Source of the DNA: Pelomyxa schiedti
Lineage: Eukaryota; Protista; Evosea
Assembly: GCA_020536535.1 (NCBI GenBank)
Contig: JAHLWZ010000448.1
Coordinates: 87,132 to 151,131 of the forward strand
Length of the DNA: 64,000 nt
Direction: 5' to 3'
Positions within the stretch are counted from its first letter, which is position 1, and every line of letters begins with the position of its first letter. Under the pieces are notes generated by a model. That model was not told where the DNA came from. It saw only the letters and a list, made by a program, of their open reading frames with translations, and did no database searches. The position numbers and the translations under genes were made by a program. This document shows positions 28,344-40,200 of this stretch, in pieces.

Positions 28344-28739
28344 TTTGTTCTTGTGATGTGTTGTATCAAAAAAAACCATTGGCACTATGCCAAGATAGCA
28401 TTGTGGGTTTGCTCAGATTCATGTGGGGCACCCAGTGAAAACTACTGGTTGGGAATCTGTAGCCTGCGGCAAGGCCAAGCAGCCGCGGCCAAGTTGGTGC
28501 CCCGCCCTGCCTCGTCATCGAAAAGAGGCTTTGACTGTCTGCCTGTCAGGTTCTTCGCAGCCAACATGCATGTTCCAAATCTTCAATGCAATTACACCCG
28601 AATCTTCTAGTTTCATTGATCAATCACATTTTTAATAAAACCCTGCACGTGACGGTGCAGTCAATAAGTCATTGTTGGGGAGAGAGAAGGGCAGCAAAGA
28701 GGGAAAAAAAAACCAAAACAACAAGAAAAACAGAACAAG

Positions 28740-30823
28740 ATGGGTGGGTACTCTCTTTGTGTGATAGGCGTCGCATGTGCGCTGACGTGGATTCTCGCGC
28801 GTATTATCCCCCCGTTTCGAGATCTCAAAGCTTCTATATTCAAATGGGGCTTCCGGTGTGTTTCATGCATTTGTTGGGGGGTTATTGGAAAAAAGAGGCT
28901 GTATATTTACCTGGTAAAAATGCAGAGCTGTGGTGTCAATTCCAGCAGCACAGCGGTTTGTTGACAAGTCAAGAGAAACTGCAATAACTATGCTCGAGGA
29001 AGATCATAGAAAAACTACTGCTGAATTGCCTAAATTCACTTCTCTCCCTGAAGTCGGGTTGCCTGTGGAACAAGTGATGGGCTTATTGAAAGACGCAAAG
29101 AGAATAGAAGAGACTTACCGCGATGGAATGAATGTGGGGTTTCATTCAGTGCCGCTTTGTTTTAACGTTATGAACAGTACTCTGGGTGCATGTATTCCGC
29201 AAATAATGTACACAATGAACTTGTTGCGGCAGCAACTACTTGGTTCACTTACTCGAATGCACTGCATACAGATGTCTATGTCTGGTTGCCCAGTAATCAT
29301 CTTGTCTGTGGCTAATATGCATACTAGTGTAAGGAAGATGGAAGCAGAGATCATCAAGATGACGGCAGCAATGCTGCATGGTGATAAAAGATCAGATGTC
29401 TGTGGTTTGGTTAGCAGCGGTGGTACTGAAAGGTAAGTCTCCCTCTCGAGAGAAAACGCTAAGATTTCAAAGTATTATCCTGGCAACAAAGGCACACCGC
29501 GACAGGGCAATTAAGCGCGGAATGAACCCTGACAGAATGGAGATTCTTGTTGCAGAATCAGCACACTCTGGTATAATCCCTTCATGATTGAAGACGACTC
29601 CTGATATCTCCAAAAAAGCTTATGTGAAGGCCGCAAATCTTCTCAGAGTTAAACTTGTACGTGTTCCTGTTAAGAAACCGACTATGGAAGCCGATGTGGA
29701 TGCTATCAGTGCCAGAATCAATCGAAATACCTTCCTGGTTCGAAATTGACAATAAGTACACAAACTAATTTTTTTTAGGTTGTGGCTTCTGCTCCAGGTT
29801 TCCCACATGGTGTAATTGACAACGTCGCGGCACTTGGTCAACTATGTTCAAGAGCGGGAATAGGGTTGCACGTTGATGCCTGTCTTGGTGGATTTGTTCT
29901 CCCTTTTGCCAAACAACTAGGATATCCTGTTCCCAACTTTGATTTCCTGGTTGAGGGCGTTACATCCATATCATGTGACACCCATAAGGTTATTCATTAC
30001 TCCACTTTTGAACTTCACCAACCGCTTTAGTACGGGTACGCCCCAAAGGGAACATCAGTTGTTCTGTTCGAGTCGCAGGAACTGCGCTCTCACGCCTTCT
30101 TTACTGATCCCGATTGGCCCGGAGGCCTGTACGTGGCGACTTTTTTAACCTGCTAATAACAATACAACACCTAACCACATTAATAGTTATGGCTCAGCAA
30201 CTCTTCTGGGGAGTAGGCCAGGTTGCGTGGTAGTTGGGACCTGGGCATCAATGATTCACAAGGGAATATCTGGATATATGGCTGCTTCAAAAGCACTATT
30301 GGAGACCGCTGCTGAGATTGTTGCTGGGTACCTTTTCCTCTTTCCCACTTGTGAATCTCACCCAACCAGGTTACGTAAAGATCCTGATATTTCGATAATT
30401 GGTGATCCTGACAAGATTACATTTGGTATTTTTTTACTTTTATTTGGTCACTGGTAACCGTGATTATGAAAGTGATTCCTTTTACGACTAAATCCGTCAA
30501 CATTTTCAAAGTTGCAGAAGCCCTGAGTAAGAGGCATTGGTCACTTAACGTGATGCAATATCCCAGGCAAGTGGAATAGCACCACGTGAGATGCACTTAC
30601 ATTTTCTCATAGTTCTGTACATCTGTGCGTCACAGAATGGCACACTGGTCGCGCACAAGACTTCCTGTCAAGCCTGCAAACAGCAATTCGTGAAGTTGCA
30701 GCTGACCCAAGCAAGTTCAATTCCAAGGCACCTTTCTATGCTGGTGCCTCACTCGTGGGTGACAGAGACGTGCTGAAAGATTTCCTTGGTGATGTGATGG
30801 CTGTTGCAGAGGACACTGTATGA
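28740..30823 (+). CDS. SGPL1: Sphingosine-1-phosphate lyase (PLP-dependent), multi-exon
   Basis: N-terminal [78 protein letters not shown]. Confidence 0.93.
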
Positions 30824-30993
30824 TGTTTCTAAAATTTTGAACCAAAATAATCTATGGGAATACTATCCCATTTTCAAAAAGCCAGTAGATACAAGTGAAA
30901 ATAGAATTCTCTTAGTGTACACCAAAAAAAAAACACCACCATCTATACAACACAAAGTCACTGGCGAGATGCAGTAGCCAGCCAATGGCAAGT

Positions 30994-31786
30994 TCACATC
31001 ACGGAGCACTTCTTGTCCTTCTTTGACACTCCCCTCTTCTTGCCCCTGCCTTTGCCCTTTGACTTGCCAGCCAAGTCCTCGCACTCATCCACGGCCCTCA
31101 CCAGCATTCTAAAGGCCTCCTCCACGTTCATGTGGTTCTTCGCGCTGGTCTCGATGTGCTTCCAGCCACAGGAATCGGCAAAGTCGGCGCCCTCTCTCGC
31201 AGACACCTTCCTCTCGCCGACCAAGTCGCACTTGTTGCCCACGAGCACGACGGGAGCGGGGCGCCGGTCGACCTCGTCGCGGTCCAGGTTCCGGCACAGC
31301 TGGATCCGCAAGTCGGCGCATTCCGCGAAGCTGGGGCGGGAGGTGATGCTGTAAACGACAAGGAATCCGCGCCCACAGCGCATGTATTGTGACCGCATGG
31401 CGGAATAACTGGGGGGGGGGGGAATCGTTAGGAAGGAAAACAAGAGGCTGGGGAATTGAATTTGCTGGGGTATTCTTATGGTCGTTATTATTTATTATAG
31501 TAAATAGACGAGAAACTCACTCTTCTTGGCCGGCAGTGTCGAGAATGTCAAGGACTACGACGCGACCTTCGACTTCGAATTGGGTGCGGTAGCTGTCCTC
31601 GATAGTGGGATCATATGATTCAATGCTAAACGTTGGGTAAGTGCACAGGCCATTGGGCAGGTTGAGAATATTCTATGTGTGGGAAAAAAAACCGTACAAG
31701 TGAGACATGCACAGCATGCAAGTGAGTGAGCTTTTGCCAACTGCCCCACCACCCAACACAACAAGTTTGTACTCTATCTGCTCCAT
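30994..31786 (-). CDS. Ras-family small GTPase, 3 exons
   Basis: [57 protein letters not shown], polybasic tail and CAAX box CSVM. Confidence 0.95.
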
Positions 31787-32215
31787 TTTCTTAATTCACT
31801 GTCTTGTTTTGTTGTAAATTGTCGCTCGCCATTTGAATCGTGTTGCCTTCAAAATTTTTTTTTGCCGTGAACAGACTTTGAACGGCCCCAACGCGAAATA
31901 AACCCGAAGAAAAAAAAAAAGCCCCGATTGTTTGAAGTAGCACTCCGAGAACTGATTTTGAGGCTGTGCCTGATAAAGTGAAACCCGAACACGTTCACTA
32001 AGTAATGAGACGACTCGACCAGTGCCCAGATGGGTATTCGTCCAATCCTCGCTTCTCAGATTTTCGCTTTGCTCAGCTTCCTAAAAAGAAGTCAGACCAG
32101 CAAGACTTCCGAAGCTACTTAGCAGAACTAGCCGTAAGTTCGCACTCCCCTTCGCAGGGAAACAAACCAACCAAACGAAAACACCAACTAAAGGAAACCA
32201 GCCGAATCACCCGCG

Positions 32216-33982
32216 ATGCTAGGCGTCAAACGAGTGAACGATAAGCCCCTCCACGCCCCCTCGTCGTCGTCGCTTTGCAAGGTCGACGCACCCACGCCCT
32301 CGTCCTCGGCTTCATCTGCGGTTTCGTCCTCCCTGCCAATTCCCGAGGCGCAGCCGAAGCGCATGAGAAGACGAAAGCGCGCGGTCGGCGACGTGCTCTC
32401 CGTGTGCGACGACGCCAACAACTTCCCGCTCGCTCGCAGGATGAATTCGCTGCTTGGGGGCGGCGGCGCCGGAGATCTGAGCGCCGCAGTTGCATCCATC
32501 GCGAATCAGTTCCATCACCAGACCCCTGCTCATAGTCTACCCCAGCATCAGCAGGCACCAATGCAACTGCATGCTCAACAACATCAACAACAAAATGCCC
32601 TTGTGAATGCAATGGCTACGTCGATGTGTATTGATAATTACACCGGCCAGTTTTTCTTACGCCACAACGAGGCTTCCGAAACTGCAACTGCCGCAAATGC
32701 AGGCGCAAACGCGAATGCAACTGCGCGCTGTCTCCATGAATCGTCCCCAATTACCGGTCCCAGGACCACAACTGCATCACAACCAAATCCCAAAAAACCT
32801 GATCCATCTGATGGCCAGCACTTGTTAGCAACACTTATGAACCCCTCTGGGGCTTCATCGTGGCACCAGGACCCACAAAATCCAGGCCTGAGGAATTCCT
32901 CAGAGAGCGTGGGGGTTCCGTCCCCGTCTCCTTTGGCCTCTCCTGGTAGCCCTCTCACATCGCCATTACATACACCTGCACACACACCGAGTCAAAATTC
33001 CGGTTGCAGTTCCAGTTCCGGCTCACCACTTTTTCCTACTGTAATGCAATGCCCATGTCTCCCACAAGAAACTGAACTACCTAGCCAAAGCACTCCAACC
33101 TCTGTTCTCGGAAGATGTTCGCCACTTACACCGGCTCCACCTTCCCCTGATACTCCTGTGGAGTGCTTAAGTGTTGACAAAAAAGTGCTCTCCCCTCCGA
33201 GTCATTTTTCCCTGCCTGATGTGAGAGATGAGAGTGCCTGTTCTCTCCCTAGCTACCCCCGTGTGACACTTGTCAAGCGCAAAGGGTTAAAAAAACGAAG
33301 CAGGTTAAGGGAACTTAACAAAGCATGTCCTGTGACTTGCTTAGCTACAGAATCCGAGTATTGCAGTTCCCTGATACAGCCGCAATCCTACACCACTGTC
33401 TCCTTTATTTTGGAAATTCGTCCACGAATTCCAACGTCTTTTGACGGTATGAATCACTTTCTAACATAAACTTGCGCTATTTAACAATAAAAACAGCAAT
33501 CTTCCACCTTCTGAGAGTCATAGCTGACAGTGTTGATGATGCATTTGTGGTCATTCTTGATCAAGTACACTTCGCCTTACAATTCCTAAAACCAATAACA
33601 ATTGAAATAGAATGGTCTTGCAATACATTCCAATGATGTGGTTGCTAAAGCACTTAACATACCCCAATCGGAATTCTCCAACGGAGTTCCTTGGTTAGAC
33701 GCCGTAGTTTCAAAGCAAGCTCAGAAGCAGTTATATGACGATTGGCCCACAATCATATCCGGTTCCAAAGATGGCACAAGAGAAACCTACGGCAATCACG
33801 TTGATACGTTCTATGGGCCAACACTGGTGCACTGGACCCATACTACAATCAAGGACCCAAGCTGCAAAGTGGCTGCTCTTGTAGTTGCATTTGGCAATCC
33901 ACACAATCCCTCTGTGGATACCCGTGTACAACTTGCCAGGGAGGAGATAGAGGAAACATTTTTCCAGGGGGATGACCTTTGA
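32216..33982 (+). CDS. Hypothetical protein: Q/S/P low-complexity N-terminus, basic NLS-like patches, globular C-terminus
   Basis: 417-aa ORF plus downstream exons (to ORF 33638-33982); KRMRRRKR and KRKGLKKRSR patches. No family recognised. Confidence 0.6.
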
Positions 33983-34280
33983 GTTGGTCCTGTCCATCCC
34001 ACCCCACGTCATGTAGCATACCACTATGTCATATACTATCAGTTTTGTAAACTACAAGCAGCCACAACACGATTTAGCCAAAAGTTTTTTCCCATACTCC
34101 TTCCTGTCTTCGAAAATCCTAAATCCTGCCAAAGCAGTTGCCCCCACTTTCTAAAAATCTATCGTGCTTAAGTAGCCAATTTGGTACCCTCGAGTTCGGC
34201 CGAACTAACGAAAAACCACCCACTAACCAAAAAACAACAGCACCAATAGAAACATCAATCACCACAACAACAGCAACACA

Positions 34281-37200
34281 ATGTACACACCGCCCCCTCG
34301 CGGTGCTATCAACCAACAGCAACCACAACAACAGCGGCAGATGGGACGCTCCACCCCAATCATGCCGCCCCCGGCCGCAGTGCAGCTGCCTGGTCCCATA
34401 AGTACGCCTTGGTTGCAGCAGCAGCAGCAACAACACACACCACCGCAGTTTGGCGTGCAACCAATGACGCCCCAACAACAGGCCCAATATCAACAGCAGT
34501 ACCAACAGATGCAACAGCAGCAGCAACCGCCACTTAATTGGTCGGGCCGTACATCAGTGCCCACGAGCACGATCACCACGACTCCCACCCATAATGCCAA
34601 CAACATCTATCCCCCTCCGAATCTTCAGCAATCCGGGGTAATGGCGCCGAATGTAGTAAAGTACCCACCAATGCCACCACCGCCAGTCGTGCAGCAGCAG
34701 ATTCGAACGTCATTCACTGGACCGCCATTCCAGGGGTCTTTTCCACCACAACCACAACCACAACCACCGCCAACTGCAAATTGGAACCCTTCACCGATTG
34801 CCAACCCAGGGCCAATGGGTTCTGTGCCTATGAACCAGCAATATGTATCAGGGTATCCAGTGGTGATGCCAGCACCCACATCCACATCCACATCCACATC
34901 CACATCCACATTCACATCCACACCCACACCCACACCCGACAACAAGGACCGCGGGTCCAGGTCACCATCGCCACGGCCACAGTCACCAGTACCAGCACCA
35001 GCACCACAGACAGTAACGCCAATCCTGCAAAGGCGCCCGGCAACACCTCCCTCTGCAGCTTTAGCCAGGACTAAGGCTTCGGAGGTCACGAAGCTCATTG
35101 AGCAGCTCTCGGTGTTCATGGGACAGCACAACTGGACAACTAGGGAGATGTCATACACTGCCAGCACAATGACAGCCATTGACAACTTCCTGAGCCTACT
35201 GAAGGACAGCAGTGTGGAGCTTCCAGTTATGGTGGAATATGTGAATAATATCAGCAAATCACTTCAATCATCATTGGAAAAACTCTCCCTGAGAAGAGTG
35301 TCGGAGATATTCCCTTTTCTTACAGCTGTTGTTCTCAGTCTACTTGTGTATGTTTTTATAGTTATAGTTATACACACATTAGAACCTATATTTAGGGTTG
35401 TGGAGAAACTTCCCGACAAACCTGAAGTAAAAAAAACCTTAGAGAAAGTTTTCTCTGTTGTTCATTCTGCAGCTATAAAAGTGAGCTCACGTGATGATAT
35501 TTCGAAAAAAGAGGAAGCTATTTTCTATGTACGAATTGTCCCCACCATAAAGTATACTAAGTTCCGCATTTAGAGCCTAAAAAAATATGACCAAACTGTA
35601 GTCTTTGTGAAACTTGGGGACCTTCTAGAACAGCACCTCTCTATCAAAGCTCACCCTTTTCAGGTTTAATTTTCCTCCATTTTTTTTTCTTTTCTGTTAC
35701 CTTCAACAGGCATATTTTGAGATAACACTTTGTCTCCTGTATATGGCGTTTCACTCATTTGTAAAAGATGAAACCAGTGATAGGGTACTACAGGCACCCA
35801 TGTCCAATTTTTTTACAATTTGTGAAGGTCATTGAAAATTGGAAATCTGCAATAATGCTTATTATGGCTCAACCCCCTTTCAATACCATAAGAGAGATTT
35901 TTTTATAGTATGAGTCTCCCTGCATGTTTCTTGGTTTAACAAAAGAAAAGTCCAATGGCACTTTGTAGCACAATTTCCCTCTCTTCCCCTGTCATTTCGA
36001 TGTCTGTATTACGTGGATTACTGGGAACTGTCCAAAACATGTCTTCTTCACATTTGAGTGAGGAACAAATGTCACAGGTCCCCGAATTAGTCTATTGGAT
36101 CTGCCCAGCCAAATTCAAAGTTCCTCTTGACGATGACAGGGTTATAAAAGTAATGACTCTTTGTTGTTTAAAATTGATGTTAATACCTTCCTCAGGAACT
36201 TTCAGAGTTACTGTCAGGTCTGCACTATCTTTTGTTGTATACGACTCTAAATGAGAGTAGCTTTTTTGGATTTATCTTGCCCCTTGAATGCAGTTGCTGT
36301 GCCAACACTTGCCAAATGGTGGTACTGGATGTATTGGATTGCAGAGGAAGTTTCTAATGAAGCAAGGTAATAAATTTCCCCGTAAAATAACCTAACGTGT
36401 TGGCAGTAACAAATTATGTCTGACCAAACCTTTCTCAGAAGTGAGCTTTTGAAACAATAACCCCAAAATTTCCTAATTCATTCACTAGCGGTCCATTCAA
36501 TACAATATTCACAGTCTTTTGCCTGAGCTGGCAAAAAAAGGCAACCATACAACCAAGTTTTTCAATGAATCTTTTAGGCACTATATCAAGACCACCACCA
36601 TTCCTGTTCAATATGCCATTCAGTATGTAAAACATATTTGATGCTGAGAAGTAATTTCCTCTAGCATTCCCCCATTATTTATGGACTTGTCATCTCTTTC
36701 AGCACTCCTTGAACAGCAGTTTTCTACTCTACCAATTTTGGAGGCAGCCAAACTCTTTGAGCAATATGCATCATTGCTACCTGTTCATCCACCTTTTATG
36801 TTACTGTTTAAGCCTCTAGAAATTGCATGTACACATGAGAGCAGGTTGTTTTCTTTCTTGGCCAATCTAACGCCCTCTCAGATTTATGGATACACTTTTT
36901 CTTCCCCTTCACTGTACTGAATATTCAAAATTGTTTGACGCACATGATGAAGCACAGTTCATCTTTGCAAAAGATCATTTATTTGTAAAGGTATGAAGAA
37001 CTGCCACCGTACTTGCAATAACGAACTCTAATAGTTAGGAGTGCTCCCGTCATTCTATGATATCACTTCCAACCTCATGAAAAGGGAAAGTACAGAAAAG
37101 GTGGATAATCAATTGTACCAGCTTTTCCTCCGTTCTCTTGGTATGTGTCCCACAACTGTACCTTAATTAATCTTACCACTAGCTTCCACAATGATCAAGT

Positions 37201-40200
37201 AAGATTTTAAAGTGCAGGCAATCTTCTAATCACTACAAGGAATGAAGCACCTCCAGAAAATCCCATTTCAACCCAACTCAAACTCCTTGGCAAGTGGTTT
37301 GGGAATGAAATTGCAAAGATTCCTGAAGCCCAAAATACTACATTTATTTGTGCTGTATTGATGGAGTGCATGCGCACCAGACTAGAGATTACCCCTGATG
37401 ATGTCCTGCACTTATCAGCTGATATTTTGCCCTTATTTACAGAAATAGCAAACAACCACCACTTCACCATCAACTACATGCAGTACAAGCAAAAAGTACA
37501 CCTTCTTCTTTGAGTTACACTGTTTGGCTCACAAAGGTAGATCTTGGAAAAAATGAAAATCCCTCTTGAAGAGATATCTGGGAGGCACATAAATAAGCTC
37601 ACACTAGATCATCTTTGTGCACTGCGGTAACCGCTTCCCTTGGAAAGCAATTGTTTGTAACTATTTCCAGGCCTCATGAGACCTCGAGATATATTCAATT
37701 GTGCTCTATTGCCTCCAAACTCTTTTCCATTAGACTTCCTGTAGAGACGGAACTTTGCAACAGCTTTTCTGCATGCAAGCAAGAATTAGAGCTGTTAAGT
37801 CTTATTCGAGTTTGGTTATTGCAGAATGCTAGGGTTCAGCTCAAACCTATTACATCTGAGCTCAATGTACACGCAAACGTATTATGTCACAATTCTCATT
37901 TTTGCAAGTTGGATTCTGGCTTTATTGATGACCTAGAATCTATAGTCAACCAATTTCGGAGACACTTTCCAGGGCTCAAGTCGCAGCATCTTGATATGGT
38001 TCCTCTCTTTTTTCCACCTTTCTTCTTATCCCATTTGGTTTTTCAGTTGAAGTTCTTTGTCCCAAAAAGTAATATCTTCTTTGAACAACTCATGAAAAAC
38101 AAAATTGAGAAATACCATGTACCCAATTTCTTTAATGCACACAAAAGCTTAATTCCTCTAGTCTGAACTCGAGCTTAACCACATTTCGGAAATCTTAGCC
38201 AAGGTTTGGGTAACAATGGAAAAACTGCTTACGGGAGATTTGCTCTTCTCTAAAGTTCTGAGCTCTTCATTCCTTTTCAAAATACAAATATTTCTTTTTC
38301 CCCCAGGCAAAGAAGTTTTTTGGCAGTCATCAGTCTAATGATACCACTGTCACTGAAGTGTATGTCTTTACCTAATCTCTGCTCTGAATAAGCTCTCTAT
38401 AGGTTGGAATTTTTCAGAGGACAAGGGTCTGATCACCAGAATACTTGCATTTTTGTGACGCATGGACTCACTCTGCTGGAGTACCTGGATCACACTGGTT
38501 CTATAACAAACTGTTGTAAGCAGTATAAACTTTGCAGTCGTTCTGCAGAAGGTCTTTCTGGGATGGTGAACAATCTGGGCCACCAAGCTGTATTTGTTCC
38601 TCACCCCTCAAGCCCCTTACTCATTCTATCTCTGTTACCAGATTACACTTAGGAACTGTTCTGGGGTTTTGGAAGGACTGAAGGAAGAGGTTTTTTGTAT
38701 CTTTACTTACATCCACACTAATTCGCCAAGATATTTCATTTGAGTGCTGAACACCTCTCCTTTTTTGATACAATTAGCATTGCTGGTGATGTACTTGACT
38801 GGTTGAAAGTATATTTTTAAAAAAGCAGTGAAAGAACACTCAATGCGATAATAGAATTTTGATGACTTACAGTTCCAGCAGAAGTCAGAGCTTGTTCGAA
38901 GTACAACCCATGGGTTCCTGCACCTTTTTCCTTTTCTTGTTTTGACAGTTCCAGTTGGAAATTTGGGCAAGATTTGCAACGCTGTGTTGAGAATGCATAT
39001 GGTGCTCTGCAGTTCTTCAACCAAATGTGCTCCAGACCAGATGCTGAGAACCTTGATCTCTCTAAGCTGTGTCAAGAATTGAAGGTGAAAGTATTTGACA
39101 AGATTGGCAGCATTAAAGACTTGATTTTTAATATCCGAGCGGTTCTGGAGAATCTGCCACAAATCAAGTTGATGTACTCTGGCACGGCACTGAACATTGA
39201 TGCCTTGTTGCCTTGTGTGTAGCTTCTTCTCTTCTCTTCCTTCTGTGTGGTGGTGGGGATTGTTTTTGTTTGATGTCACGATTTCTCACATCCAAACAAA
39301 ACAAACACACAAACGGTCAGACATCACCAAGTTGCGGCAAGATGGACAGTACAGGAGTTGCTTGTCACTCCATCCTTCAGGGGAATCTCTTTGCATGTTG
39401 GTGTGTGAGAAGGACAGAGAACAGGAGCTGTCACACTCCTTTCTCATGAACTTGCTCAGAGCGGCAAAGATTTTCATTTCCAGTGCCGGTTGGTTTTCCT
39501 TTTTTTTGTTCCCCCTCATTTTTCAAGAAAACAACAATTTATGAATATAAGCTTAATGATTAATTGATGTATTATCGACTGATAAAAAAAAAAAAAAAAA
39601 AAAAAAAAAGATGAAAGAGATTACACAACAGTGGTTGAATTTGTTCAGATTTTCACATGGGTGGAGGAAATGCACACAATGCGGCTTAAATTGGAGGCAA
39701 AAGGTCACCCAATGTTTCAAGGGATTTCCACGTTGCTCAACAAACCTGGTGAAATAGTGAAGGTTGACCTGTTCAGCAATATGCACTCACAGGTGTTCCT
39801 CTCACAATAACTTAAAAAAAAAAAAAAGCACTGACACATTTTCTTTCAACAACAGGTGAAGCAAACAATCCAACAATGGAAATCAGCTGTGAAAGCAGCT
39901 TACCAAGTAACGTTTATTCTTAATCACCACCACCAACTCACTGAAACAAATACAAACAAAAGGAAGAACCCCGTTTGAATTTCCTGACTGCCAAGCAGCT
40001 CTCGGCATTTGGAAAGCTGTTCAGTGAGGTTGGATTCATGCCGTCTGTGGAAGAACACCAGCTGGCAATGATTGGTGCATACATTCAAACTTGCTTCCCA
40101 GAAACAGCTTCCAAGAACAAGCAAATTCCACTCGACTCTGTGAAGCAGTGTATTCAAGCCTCTGCTGCAGCGGCAGCAGCTTTGGTTGCCCAATCAGCAG

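Noticed and set aside
28420-28560. GC-rich hairpin (gtggggcacc/ggtgccccgc) as SRP or other ncRNA
   Set aside because: Lacks the SRP helix-8 consensus and snRNA motifs; needs an Infernal/Rfam search.
31620-31660. [10 protein letters not shown] frame in Ras suggesting a frameshift or alternative exon
   Set aside because: A canonical gtacgg...tttag intron gives [15 protein letters not shown] in frame.
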